Assembly (NCBI RefSeq): GCF_006345805.1
Contig: NC_043024.1
Span: 16,306,001 to 16,370,000 of the forward strand
Direction of reading: 5' to 3'
DNA length: 64,000 nt
From: Octopus sinensis
Taxonomy: Eukaryota
This document shows, piece by piece, positions 47,990 through 61,791 of this stretch. Both the position numbers and the translations under genes were made by a program. The notes under the pieces are model-generated. The model worked only from the letters and a program-made list of their open reading frames with translations. It searched no databases and was not told the origin of the DNA. Every line of letters starts with the position of its first letter. Positions within the stretch are counted from its first letter, which is position 1.

Positions 47990-49060
47990 GTTTGGGATTA
48001 ACAGGATGTTTAGAGAATGTTTTGAAATAATTGGTTTGGAATGTAGTTATCGTCTCCATTATGAGTTGTGCTGGCTCTCTAAATGACAGGTTCTGAGTAA
48101 ATTTGGGAAACTGGAAAATATTCCAAGTGATTTTCTAGAAGAGAATGTTGTGAAAAACAATTGGCGGATATATTTAGTATTTTTTGTTGATGTAACTATC
48201 CATTCTAATGATCTAAATTTGGAGCTGCAGAGAAAGAACAAATTGTTATTTAGCTTGGTAAATGTTATCAATGAATTCAAGATGAAATTAAAACTGTTCA
48301 TCTCTTAGTTAAAAAATGATGATTCGAACAAAATTTCTGCATGTGAAAGAACACAGAGAATGTGCTGAAGATAATGTCAATTTGACAAAATATGTTTAAA
48401 AAAAATAAAAAGAAACGAGAAAGAAAAATCAGATTATTGCAAGTCATTTGAAAGTCATTTTCATGATTTTCTTAAAGAAAACTACTCTCAAGCATGTATT
48501 AACCTATTTTCAATTAGTAGAGTGAAAATCTCTGAAATGCTTAGTAATATACAAATGGAACTTATTTACAAAGTCATTAGTTTTCGTTTTTGGATTTAGT
48601 TTGCAAGATTCTTTATATGAGTTCGTGTGTTGAAGCATATTCTGTTGTCTCTGGGGAGAGTCATTTTCTTTTTGTGCCTTATTATTTAACACACTCACTG
48701 GTAAAATTTCCACTTATTTCTTATTTTTATTTTCCTAAAATTTTCATTGCGCCTTGCAACCTTTTCAATAGTCTTGACTCTCTATTGAAAATGCTGCAAG
48801 ACGCAACGAAAATTTTAGGAAAATAAAAATAAGAAATAAGTGGAAATTTTACCAGTGAGTGTGTTACATTATAAGGCACAAAAAGAAAATAACTCTCTTC
48901 AGACACAACAAAGTCATTATTGAAAATGAAATTTGAAGAGTTACCCCCAGTTGCAAATGTTGTTAGAATTATTAAAATCTGGTTATCATTACTTTGCAAG
49001 CAATCTTGATAATGAAGATAATTTATTCATAGCTATGTCTGACAATTGTAGACCTGTGTG
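47990..49060 (+). pseudogene. hAT (Buster/SPIN-like) transposase relic containing a foldback at 48643-48910
   Basis: LHYELCWLSK*QVLSKF..YLVFFVDVTIHSNDLNLELQRKNKLL..NEFKMKLKLFIS*L. Confidence 0.75.
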
Positions 49061-50264
49061 CAGTTAAATGAATAAATATTTTCATCTTTGAAACTGATAA
49101 AATATCTCATTATAGTAATCAATGTGTTTTTTTTTATATTAAATTATGTAAAAAGGTGCTAAATACAGGTGCAGGAGTGGCTGTGTGGTAAGTAGCTTGC
49201 TTACCAACCACATGGTTCCGGGTTCAGTGGCACCTTGGGCAAGTGTCTTCTACTATAGCCTCGGGCTGATTAAAGCCTTGTGAGTGGGTTTGGTAGACGG
49301 AAACTGAAAGAAACCCAAGCTACTTACCACACAGCCACTCCTACGCTTATGTTTACTTCCAAATTTCTCAGTTCTAGTTTTTATTGTCATAAACGTAATT
49401 TCCTGATCTGTCTTTCAGTCAGTCATGAGAACCAATATCCTTCATAATTAGTTGGGTTAGAAGACTTTCTCTTATTTTCATAAATTCGCTGTTGGCTTCT
49501 GTGACATCTTATATTTAATATTATTGATTATTGATCTTAGAGTCAATCACTATGTTGGTCACGAAGGTGTCGGAGCTTAGTTTTTACTTTTGCTATTGTT
49601 GTTACGTGTCAGTCTATCTGTTTGTGTGAATGTGTGTGTGAATAAGTGTATGTATATATGGCTCTGTGAATATATATGCCTAAATCTATATAGTTAAGCT
49701 TGTGGTTGTATTTGTGTGGCTGCATGTGTGTGTATGTGTGTGTGAGATATTGTATGTAAATCTGTGTGAGATTGTCTATATATACGTGCATAAATTTGTA
49801 TGTATGAGTATGTCTATCTATGTGTGTGTTTGAGGTTGTATGTATGGGTAGTATATGTATGTGTGTGATATTCTTTTGATTGTCTGTCTGTTTGGGTGTC
49901 TTTACTGTCTTCTTCATAATGTAAGGCAATCGATATTTTTCTGTGGGTGAAAATAGTGATGGCTTAGATGATGACATGGATGATGATAATTTAGGTGCTT
50001 GTTTGGTTGAGAAGGTGAAACATTATTATTAAAACTGTGTACCGTAGTACAGAGTGTCATAAATCAACTGGGAGACGTATGCCCAGAGTAACTTCTTAAC
50101 GATCAAAGCGAGAACAAAAATGTTGGTATGTGTTTATTTGTCCCAGTGCCAATATAAACACATGCACCAATGCCACATAATGCTAATCTTTAACACACAT
50201 ACATATATGTGTGTGTGAATGCACACACATACACACACACACACATATGTATACATGTATAGCA

Positions 50265-50328
50265 GACAGGTGTCCAGTACTGATGAAGGGAGATGCCCTG
50301 AAACCAGACTGGTATACTGTGTCTTGTC
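50265..50328 (+). ncRNA. Type I hammerhead, canonical core, GUA triplet
   Basis: GACAGG-TGTC-CAGTA | CTGATGA | AGGG-AGATG-CCCT | GAAA | CCAG-A-CTGG-T-A | TACTG-TGT-CTTGTC. Predicted cut after 50314. Confidence 0.92.
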
Positions 50329-50545
50329 ACCACTAGGTGGTAGGGGTTCGCTCCCCTGCTCACAATATATCAGACATAGGTTGTGTAGTTAAACAGCTAG
50401 AGGAGATGTCCTCCTGGGGTTAAAAAAATGGTAGAAATATTGTTGTGTATGGAACAGCCATGTTGAAGTGGCAACAAACATTCCTTTCCTGTATTGTTAC
50501 TACTTCATGTCTTACAGAGATTTTAGTACAAGCTGCTTTGCTTAC

Positions 50546-51668
50546 ATTGGGTCATCCCATAAATAATGTGGTTTTTTTAATTGCATGTCCTAAAAGTCGG
50601 GGCGGGGGATAAACTACCTGCATCAACTTGCTATAAAAGTAGGTAATAATTTTACCTTGTCCTTATTCCTAGTGCAAGTTTTGAAGAGAACAGTTCGATT
50701 TTAACAGTTATTTTTCCAAACCTACAATGGAAGTGACAAATATTTGGCATATTTAGCATCATGAGTTCAATAAAGGCAACAGCACAACTGAAAGTATGAA
50801 GAATATTAATGTAGTATATGGGGATTGGCTGATACACATACAGTTGGAAACTACAGCCTAGAAGGTGAGCCTCATCAACAACACCTACCTGCCATTGGAA
50901 AGGTCAGCAAATTGGGTAAATGAGTTTCTCACAAACTTTCTGAGTCTAATTGCGTGCAGAGAGTGAACGTGTGCTTCTTTGCTGTCATGTCTCACGAATG
51001 AACCTTTTTTTGAAACAAAAAGGGTCTGGTGATGAGAAATGGGTTCTCTATAAAAATGTCAAGTGCGGAAGACAGTGGGTAGGGGAAGGAGAAACACCAG
51101 CACCCCAGGCTAAAGAAGGTGTAGTTTGTTAACTGTTTGGTGGGATATGAAAGATTTAGTCCACTTTGAACTTTTAAACCCAAACCAAACAATAACAAGG
51201 GAGATCTACTATGAGCAACTTCAGCAGCTTAAGTCAGCGCTAGAAGAAAAACAAACATCTTTGGTTACAAGATGAAAGGCGTTTTTCCATCATGATAATG
51301 CTCAGCCATATACAGCAAGGATGACATTTGAAAGGCTGGAACAGTTTGAATGGGAAACGATGCCCCACCCACCATATTCACCAGACATTGCCCCATCTGA
51401 TTATCATTTACTCCACAGTCTTCAAAATCATTTGGACAGAAAAAATATGAATTCTGTAGATGAGATCAGAAAAGTAGTGGAGGTGTATTTTTTGTTAGGA
51501 CAAATGAATGTTTGGAAGTCGGGCCTTGCAAATCTAGTAAATAGACGGGAAGAGCATTGTATAAAATGAAGGAGAGTATATTTTAGATTAAAGAAAGAAC
51601 TTTGTTGATCTGAATTTTGAAAAATAACAGAAGTATAAAAAAACTGCATTATTTATGGGATGACCAAA
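50546..51668 (+). mobile_element. mariner (DD34D) element with TIRs and a decayed transposase
   Basis: TIRs of about 32 bp (TTGGGTCATCCCATAAATAATG..). MEVTNI..EFNKGN, GDEKWVLY, HDNAQPY and HPPYSPDIAPSDYHL motifs. Confidence 0.92.
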
Positions 51669-52190
51669 TATATACATATAAGCACTTATAATCATTACGG
51701 TAGAATATACAATGCTGTACTAATGATTATATTAGTTACATGCAAATCAACCGACCGAATATTTTTGCTGCCATCATTCAATTTTCTCAATGCAGTTTGT
51801 TCGGCTAAGTGATTCTTACTGGTGTGTGTACATGTGTGTGTGTTTGTGAGTATGTGTTAGCAATTCTTTACAGGTATATTTAGTATATTAGAAAACACAG
51901 ACGCACACATACACATATGCACTCATTGGCATATGGATATATATCTGTTGATTCAACAGAAGCGATATATTGGAGATAGACAGAGAGAGAGAGGTGGAGA
52001 AAAAGAGAGAGAAGCATATTCAAGTACACAAACTGCATTACAAGTCACAATCTACAGAATTCTTCAAAATATTATGTAAGTATAAACACACATAAAAGCA
52101 AAAAAATTTAAAAAATTGTGTGTGCATGCTTCTGTCCATCATTCTATCTATTTATCTGTCTGTCCGTCCGTCCAGCCAGCCAGCCATCCA

Positions 52191-52269
<79 letters not shown>

Positions 52270-52338
52270 TTGTCTATCTGTCTACCTACCTACCTACCTA
52301 CCTACCTACCTACTAGTCTGTCTGTCTCTCTCTATATA

Positions 52339-52501
52339 TAGGCGTAGGAGTGGCTGTGTGGTAAGTAGCTTGCTTACCAACCACATGGTTCTGGGTTCAG
52401 TCCCACAGCATAGAATCTTGAGCAAGTGTCTTCTACTTTACACTCAGGCTGACCAAAGCCTTGTGAGTGGATTTGGTGGATGGAAACTGAAAGCAACCCA
52501 T

Positions 52502-52539
<38 letters not shown>

Positions 52540-52760
52540 TGTGTGTGTTTGTGTGTGTGTATACATCTATGTTTGTGTGTCTGTATTTGTCCCCCCAACA
52601 TCGCTTGACAACTGAAACTGGCGTGTTTATATCCCTGTAACTTAGCAGTTTGGCAAAAGAGACTGATAGAATAAATACTAGGCTTGCAAAGAATAAGTCC
52701 TGGGGTCGGTGCTCCAGCATGGCCAAAGTCAAATGACTGAAACGAGTAAAAGAATAAAAT
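52339..52760 (+). mobile_element. SINE family A, full length
   Basis: Head, internal (TG)n and tail are all present. Confidence 0.85.
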
Positions 52761-52830
52761 AATACATATATATATAAAATATTTATATGTATATGTGTGT
52801 GTGTGTGTGTGTGTGTGCATATATATATAA

Positions 52831-52889
<59 letters not shown>

Positions 52890-53019
52890 AGTGTGTGTGT
52901 GAGTGTGTGTATGATGGCTGCCCCCTCATTATCGAGTATGGCCATTGCACGAAGCTTAACTGTTACTGGTGCTGTGATCGAATGTGACTTTTTAGCCCAG
53001 CTAAAGATCTGCAATGTCT

Positions 53020-54912
53020 TGTACAGAATTGGTAACTAAAACCTTTACCGGTAATAGCCGGCTGTAGTTGTAACTGGGCTTCATGTACCTTTGCATGTCG
53101 TTTAGCCCTCCTGCCAAATTACACTCTCTTCCACATGCCTGACAGATATGATTAGTATGGTGTGTAACACCACCACCAGTGGCCAGGTTGTCACTCATCT
53201 GTCTCGTTTTATGACTATGAAGATGACTCATGAGTCCAGCATTACTGAGGCAGGGTCATGCACAGACACTGCATGTCAGCATCATAGGAAAACCCTTCCC
53301 ATCTGGAAGTGTAACAGCAATGCCCTTCCTGACATCCCTCCTTACTTTCTCATGTGCAACTCGAGATTTCTCAAAAGTGGCTGTCCCCTCATGCACAATC
53401 CTTCTCCACCTGTTACGATCGATAGCTATGCCTTCCCATGTGTCAGTAGAGATGCAAACATCTCTTAAGGAAGCCTTCAGCAGGTCCTTATACCTCTTTT
53501 TTGGCTTATGTGGGGGTTGTTCTCCTTTAGCTAACTCTCCATAAAAGAGTTGTTTTGGCATCTTTGAATCCTTCATCCTGACCAGATGACCACACCATCT
53601 GAGCCTTTGCTTTAACACAAGATCTTCTATACTTTCACACAGAGAGCCTTCCAATATTTCAAGATCACTGATGTGGTCCTCCCACTTAATGCCATAGATC
53701 CGTCTGAGACACATCTGATGCATCTAAAGAATGGCATATTCTGGATTACATCCTTGTTAGGGTGCATGACAGACAGAATGTGCAGTGTGTTCGTGTTCTT
53801 CATGGAGCTGAGTGTTGGACTGACCACCGCCTAGTATGTGCAAAAGTGAAATTAGTCACAAAACATAAAATCTGAGCTGCAGGGATTACCCTGCCTAAAA
53901 GACTGAATGTTGATCGTCTTAGTTGTAATAGTGTGAAGAGTACTTTATGAGAGGAAATGAATGCTGCAGATATTGGGGAGGATTGGCCGACCCTTAAAAA
54001 GTCAGTTTATGATATAGGTAAGAAAGTTCTGGGATTGATACAAAGAAAGCATCAAGATTGGTTCAAAGAAAATGATGAACATATAGATGATTTATTGGCT
54101 GATAAAAGACATACTTTGTCACGCTATTTGTCAGCAAAGCCACAGGAAAGGGAAGTGTTTCATAGGGAACTCAAGGACGTAAAATCCCATGTGAGGCAAA
54201 GGCTCTCTCAGATGAGGGATATGTGGTGGAGTAAGAAGGCTGATGAGATACAGGCGGCATAAGATTCCAATAACACAAAGCTGTTGTATGGTCTTTTGTG
54301 AGAAGTTTATGGACTGACATCTTCCCTGATGACACCAATTCGAAGCAGGGATGGTAAAGAACTTCTTCGTGATTCACAAGGAATTCTGCAAAGGTGGCAA
54401 GAACACTTTGATGAACTTTTGAATCAGCAGTCTGTAGTTAGTGAGGATGTTCTCAATCTCATTCCTGGATTGCCTGTGAAGGCAGCACTCGCAGAACCAC
54501 CAAAGTTGGAAGAAGTTGCAATGGCTGTCTCAAGGTTGAATAATGGGAAATCTCTGGGTAATGGATGGCATACATGCAGAGTTGTTACAGCATGGTGGTG
54601 AGAAACTTCTGCAGAAACTTCACTCTTTGTTTGGTAAGATATGGACTAGTGAATCTGTACCTGAGAACTGGAGAGATGCAGTGATGGTGGTCCTGTATAA
54701 GGGAAAGGGCAACAGGAATGATTGTGGTAATTATAGGGGAGTATCATTGCTGTCTGCTGTAGGAAAGGTTTTATGCAGGGTACTCCTGGATCGTCTGCTG
54801 AAATACATTGCAGATTGTGTTCTTCCAGAAAGTCAATCTGGCTTTCGTGTGGGACGTGGCACTGCTGATATGATCTTTTCAGCTGGACAGCTTCAGGAGA
54901 AGTGTGTGGAAT
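53020..54912 (-). mobile_element. RTE (BovB-like) LINE with inverted 5' half
   Basis: Minus 53750 to 53020: CLRRIYGIKW..LRWCGHLVRM..KRYKD..CSVCA..LMSHLHSH. Plus 53760-54912: WTDHRLV..WWSKKADEIQ..NYRGVSLLSAVGK..ESQSGFRVGRGTADMIF..QEKCVE. Confidence 0.88.
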
Positions 54913-55586
54913 AAAACATATATATATGCTTTCCGACAAAGAGGAATGTGAAACTCTGAGTAACAGTTTTTGTGATGTCTTTGCAGTTTTATTAGTAAAG
55001 CATATTACTCTGCCTCCGTTATTTGAGTACCATTCTTTTGATCTTGTTTCACATTTATGTGTTTACTCTGGTATATTAATTAGGCTTTCACTTCATGCAC
55101 ATCAGCTCAATTTGATTCGTTCTCAGTCAAAAGACACCTGATGTTATATTCTTATTATTTGTATTCGTAATTGTGTACCATGTTCACCATTTTTTTGTCT
55201 TTGTTGCAATACACATTCACTAGCTTTCTTGCAAAAGATCTAATGCTCTTAGCTTAGACATTTTGGGGGCAACTAGATCGAACTGTAACTGCCCAAAACA
55301 GTAAGGACATCTGGTAACTTGACTGAAGAAAGAAGGCCATGAATGACTCGTCCTTTTTTTTCCCTGTCCACCTTTGTATTGTCTATCTGTCTGATGTTTT
55401 ATTGTCCTCTATAGCATTTTTGTTCCATTTTATATATACATATATTATATATATATACATATATATATATAGATATATATATATATATATAGATATATAT
55501 ATATATATATATATACATATATATATAATATATATATATATATCATATATATATATATATACATATATAATATATATACATATATA

Positions 55587-55620
<34 letters not shown>

Positions 55621-55703
55621 TATATTATATATATATACATATATATATATATACATATATATATATAATATATATATCTATATATATATATATATTATAC
55701 ATA

Positions 55704-55735
<32 letters not shown>

Positions 55736-55768
55736 ACATATATATATATACATATATATATATATACA

Positions 55769-55824
<56 letters not shown>

Positions 55825-56019
55825 CAGAGAAAGCACATATGTATGTATAGGGAAGATAGCTGGCAGAATCGGTTGCACACCGGGTGAAATGCTAAGTAGT
55901 ATTTCATCTGCTGCTATGTTCTGAATTCAAATTCTGCCGAGGTCAACTTTGCTTTTCATCCTTTCAGGGTCAATTAAATAAGTACCAGTATACATATATA
56001 TGGATGCTCCAGCCCGGTG

Positions 56020-56460
56020 CACGTTTGCGCCTTGTCAACTAGCTTCTCGATGACAAACGCCAACCTCTTGGCTAACACCTTGGCCAAAATTTTTAAGTCT
56101 GCATTGAGCAGAGTGATGGGCCTAAAGTTACCTATAATGTCTCCCTTGTTTGGATCTTTCTTCAGCAGCGTTACAGCTCCTCGACTCACAAAACCGGGAA
56201 TGCTCCCGTTTTGCTGCCACTTGCAGTACACCGCTGCCAAGGCATCTCCAAACAAGTCTGGCATACAATTCTAAAACTCGTAGAGCAGCCCATCCAGACC
56301 CGGCGATTTGTCTCTCGAGCATCCTGCCATCGCATCCCTCACTTCCGCCGCCGTGATGACACCTTCACGGCACTCTGTGTCTCTTGCCGAGAGTCATGGC
56401 AGGCTGTGCAGGTAGGCACTGAAATCCACCCTGCGTTCACGCTCACCACTCGTCCCGTAC
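56020..56460 (-). pseudogene. L1/Tx1-clade reverse transcriptase N-terminal fragment
   Basis: KSPGLDGLLYEF..GAVTLLKK..NFRPITLLNADLKILAKVLAKRL. Confidence 0.85.
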
Positions 56461-57721
56461 TGTTGGGAAAAATGCTGCTGAAATACCTCAGATCCATGAC
56501 ACTATGGAAAATGGATGTTAAATTTATAAGATGATGACGATGACGGATGATGATATGTGTGCCACAGAACCGCCTTAACCTTGACACCAGTATCTAAGCA
56601 TTATGCAAACTGAATACGATTATACATGAAGAAAAACTACCAATACCAATGTAAGTAATCACCACAAACTATGACCCCATCAACACTTTCCATTTTACTA
56701 AGATGAAGGACAACTCAGGATAATGAAACTGAGACATAAAGTGTTCACAAAGAAGCATAACAAATATGTATTCCCATCATCAGCTGCCAAATGGATATCA
56801 TTATGTTTTCAACACCTTAGCAGTACCATTCAAGCCAGCAGAGTCAACAGTGTTAAAAACATAAATGCTGCCTAAGAATCAATAGTAATCAGCAGGGCCA
56901 AAGCATTAGTGTAGTACGTCCATTACACCAACACTTGTCTAGTAACTACAAATAACGACATCAAATAAAACATTTACTATTAACTTGTAGTTACAAAATA
57001 GTACCTATAAAAACTTCCCCCACAAAATGACATTGTGGTCCTAAAGACAAAAGTACAAGCAAACTGAACATGTTAAGAAAATAAGCTATTCAACCTCCAA
57101 TACTCAACATAATAGCAGCAACCAATGAAATAGAAAACCAAAGACATAAAACATGTAGACTATACAACGAACATGACTAAATATGTTGCTTCTCAGTCTA
57201 TATCATATTACAAGCATGAAGCCACACCAAGAACAAGCCTAATAAAACTAGCAGAACAGGCTATCTTATAACTAATGTCCTCAAACAATGTACAAGGCTA
57301 AAAGCATAGATCAAAATCTATAAAATTTATGTTAAATATTATGAAGTAAATTAACCCAATAAATTGCTAATTAAAAGTAAAATAAAAATTAAAATAAAAA
57401 TGGAATTAGAATTAAATTGAATTTAAGTTTAGGGTTGAAATATATATAAAGGAAAAGAATAAAAAAATAAAGATATATAAAACAATAAAGATAGTGTAAA
57501 AAACCTAACTTAAACAAATAATAAAATAATATAAAATATCACTTATGAGTGCATATATATATACATATATGTATATATATATATACATATATGTATGTGT
57601 GTATATATATATACATATACATATATACATATATATACACATATATATATATATATATACATATATAAATATACATATATATATACATATATATATACAT
57701 ATATACATACACACACACACA

Positions 57722-57789
<68 letters not shown>

Positions 57790-57790
<1 letters not shown>

Positions 57791-57819
57791 AAGGAGAGAC
57801 CAAAGTGTATGTATGCTGC

Positions 57820-57851
<32 letters not shown>

Positions 57852-58915
57852 CAAAATGGGACAAGAACACAAAACATCCAGATAGATGATATAAAGAATT
57901 CAAGGACGGATCATTCAAAGTTTTCTCTCCTCAGTCAAGTTCCAGATTATTTTTGCAATTTCGGCTGGTTATATTCAAGATTGCTCCAATTTGTCCAGCC
58001 CCGAGGAAAAACTAAGCTAAGAGCATTAGACTCCTTGGGAGAAAGCAGCAAATGTATATGAGAACAAGGACAAAAAAAAAATGGAGATGGTTACACAAAT
58101 ACAAATAACAGGACATAACAACAGGTGTCTTTCGACTAAGGATGAATTAAATTAAGCTGGCATGTGTAGAAGTAAAGCCTTACGGCAGGGAAGATTTAAC
58201 AGGCACAGGGAGGAATACAGATGTTGCATGGACAGCGACCAAACCAAAAAAGAAAGGTCAGGCTTGGCTGAACACCAGTCATGTGGGGAGAGAAGAGAGA
58301 GAGGTAGAGGCAGAGGGACAGAAGAAATAAGGAGGGACTAGAAAAAATGACAGGGACACAGTGAAGTGAGAAGAGAGGAGGGAAAGTGAGCATGAAGAGA
58401 AGGCAATGAAATGTGAGAGGGGGAATGAAAGAACGAAGAGTGGAATGAACGAAGTGAGTGTGAAAGGGCTGATAGAAAGATGGAAAGAATAAAAGAATAG
58501 TCATACAAGATTTAGATAAATATCTATTTACATATAAGAGACCAAAGTGTACGTATGCCGCTATATATATATATATATATAAAAATAGAAAATAGGACAA
58601 GAACGCAAAACATCCAGACAGTTAGGTGATGCAAGAAAGGGACAACAAAAAATCCAGATAGACGATACAAAGAAAACAAGGACAAGTCATTCAGAGTTTT
58701 CTTCCTTCAGTCGAGTTCCAGATTAATTCATCCTTAATTGAAAGACACCTATTATTATGTCCTGTTATTTGTATTTGTGTAACCTTCTCTGCTTTTTTTC
58801 CGTCCTTGTTTTCGTATACATTCGCTACTTTCTTCCAAGGAATCTCATCCTCGCATTGTTGTTTTTTTTTCTGGTCTTTTTTTCCTCCGATTTTTCGTTA
58901 ATTACATATATATAT
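57790..58915. repeat. Dispersed repeat family with a direct duplication (57790-57950 vs 58535-58725) and an inverted piece (58065-58150 vs 58730-58830); probably PLE-related
   Basis: GAGACCAAAGTGTA..GGACAAGAAC..AAAACATCCAGA shared. A further piece lies at 55240-55350. Confidence 0.5.
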
Positions 58916-59066
58916 ATATATAGTTCAAAGAGAGTTAGAGGTTGTGAATCCAACCAACTTTACACATGCATATATATATATTATCTAAATAAATTGACAT
59001 AATATAATGTCTAACAGCTGATGAATTCTACCTCTGGATTCCCTCCATTTACGTCTTGCCATATAC

Positions 59067-59128
<62 letters not shown>

Positions 59129-59269
59129 GTATATATTTTTTTTTGTGACCGACCAGACATCAGATGTTGCTACACATCGCTGGTCACAATGCGTTCGCAT
59201 TGTTTTAGCCTTCGAACGACGCCACCCCGCTGGCTAAGCAAGCAGGCCAATATATATATATATATATAT

Positions 59270-60220
59270 AACCCATGGCCCCTACCTGGGACGTAGTCAG
59301 TCCACCTGTGCATACCTTCCTTCTTGTGACACTTGTGAAGACCTGTTGAGGCAAGTGAAAATCAAATCAAATCAAAACAAATCAAAATAGATGAACATCA
59401 ATGGAATTTGTATCTTTGTGGTACCAGTGCCGGTGGCACGTGGCACATAAGAAAACCATCCGAACGTGGCCGTAGCCAGTACCGCATCGACTGGCCTCTG
59501 TGCTGTGGGCACGTAACAAGCACCATCCGATCGTGGCCGTTTGCCAGCCTCATCTGGCACCTGTGTCGGTGGCACATAAAAACACCAAAACACCATCCGA
59601 GCGTGGCCGTCTGCCAGCCTCGTCTGGCACCTGTGTCGGTGGCACATAAAAACACCATCCGAGCGTGGCCGTCTGCCAGCTCGTCTGGCACCTGTGTCGG
59701 TGGCACAAAAAAAACACCATCCGAGCGTGGCCGTCTGCCAGCCTCGTCTGGCACCTGTGTCGGTGGCACATAAAAACACCATCCGAGCGTGGCCGTTGTC
59801 AGCCTCGTCTGGCACCTGTGTTGGTGGCACATAGAATCACCCACTACACTCTCGGAGTGGTTGGCGTTAGGAAGGGCATCCAGCTGTAGAGACACTGCCA
59901 GATCTGACTGGACTGGTGCAGCTTTCGGGCTCCCCAGACCCCAGTTGAACCGTCCAACCCATGCTAGCATGGAAAGCGGACGTTAAATGATGATGATGAT
60001 GATGATGATATATATATATATATGTGACCTAGTGTGTACTGTTGGCGATTTTTTTTTACTCTGTCTTCCCTTCTCTGGATCTTTCCTTCTATGTCTACGA
60101 CGAAGAGCTCCGCTCGAAACGTTAAACCCTCCTTCTTTCCTTCTTTTCTGAGCGTCCAATAATACTATATTTTTTCCATGTCCTCGCGTTGTTGTGTTTT
60201 TTGTGCTTTCTTGTTTGGAT

Positions 60221-60275
<55 letters not shown>

Positions 60276-60717
60276 GTATATATGTATATAACCATCCGAA
60301 CGTGGCTGTAGCCAGTACCGCATCGACTGGCCTCCGTGCTGTGGGCACGTAACAAACACCATCCGATCGTGGCCGTTTGCCAGCCTCATCTGGCACCTGT
60401 GTCGGTGGCACATAAAAACACCATCCGAGCGTGGCCGTCTGCCAGCCTCGTTTGGCACCTGTGTCGGTGGCACATAAAAAACACCACCCGAGCGTGGCCG
60501 TTTGCCAGCCTCGTCTGGCACCTGTGTCGGTGGCACATAAAATCACCCACTACACTCTCGGAGTGGTGGCGTTAGGAAGGGCATCCAGCTGTAGAAACAC
60601 TGCCAGATCTGACTGGACTGGTGCAGCTTTCGGGCTCCCCAGACCCCAGTTGAACCGTCCAACCATGCTAGCATGGAAAGCGGACGCTAAATGATGATGA
60701 TGATGATGATGATGATG

Positions 60718-60806
<89 letters not shown>

Positions 60807-61720
60807 TATAATATATATATGTATATATATACACATATATCATCATCATCATCATCATCATCATTTAGCGTCCGTTCTCCATGCTAGCATGGGTTGGACG
60901 GTTCAACTAGGGTCTGTGAAGCTGGAAGGCTTCATCAGGCCCAGTCAGATCTGGCAGTGTTTCTACGGCTGGATGCCCTTCCTAACGCCAACCACTCCGT
61001 GAGTGTAGTGGGTGCTTTTTACATGCCACCTGCACAGGTGCCAGACAGAGCTGGCAAACGGCCACGAAACAGATGGTGCTTTTATGTGTCACCGGCACGG
61101 GGGCTAGGCGAGGCTGGCAACGGGCACGAACGGATGGTGCTTTTACATGCCACCTGCACAGGTGCCAGACAGAGCTGGCAAACGGCTACGAACGGATGGT
61201 GCTTTTACGTGTCACCGGTACGGGGCCAGGCGAGGCTGGCAACGGACACGAACGGATGGTGCTTTTACGTGCCACCAACACAGGGTCCAGACAGAGCTGG
61301 CAAACGGCCACGAAACGGATGGTGCTTTTATGTGTCACCGGCACGGGGGCTAGGCGAGGCTGGCAATGGGCACGAACGGATGGTGCTTTTACATGGCACC
61401 GACACGGGGGCCAGACAGGGCTGGCAAATGGCCACGAACGGATGGTGCTTTTACGTGTCACCGGCACGGGGGCCAGGCGAGGCTGGCAACGGACACGAAC
61501 GGATGGTGCTTTTACATGTCACCGACATGGGGGCCAGACAGGGCTGGCAAACGGACACGAACGGATGGTGCTTGTACATGTCACCGACATGGGGGCCAGA
61601 CAGGGCCGGCAAACGGCCACGAACGGATGGTGCTTTTACGTGTCACCGGCACGGGGGCCAGACAGAGCTGGCAAACGGCCATGAACGGATGGTGCTTTTA
61701 CGTGTCACCGGCACGGGGGC
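59270..61720. repeat. Three RTE 3' UTR copies (two +, one -) with arrays of about 60 bp; the last two are tail-to-tail across (GAT)n-(TA)n-(CAT)n
   Basis: Unit GGCACGGGGGCCAGGCGAGGCTGGCAACGGCCACGAACGGATGGTGCTTTTACGTGTCACC, about 11-12 copies at 61030-61720. Explains the repetitive ORFs at 59372-61824. Confidence 0.88.
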
Positions 61721-61729
61721 CTATATATA

Positions 61730-61788
<59 letters not shown>

Positions 61789-61791
<3 letters not shown>

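Noticed and set aside
55315-55350. CTGANGA..GAATGAC.CGTC motif shared with about 57905-57945 and 58680-58715
   Set aside because: GAAU replaces GAAA and the A15.1-U16.1 pair is missing; not supportable as an HHR without an alignment.
59409-61720. CRISPR-like appearance of the regular arrays (also 25722-26120)
   Set aside because: No unique spacers and no cas genes; eukaryotic retroelement context.
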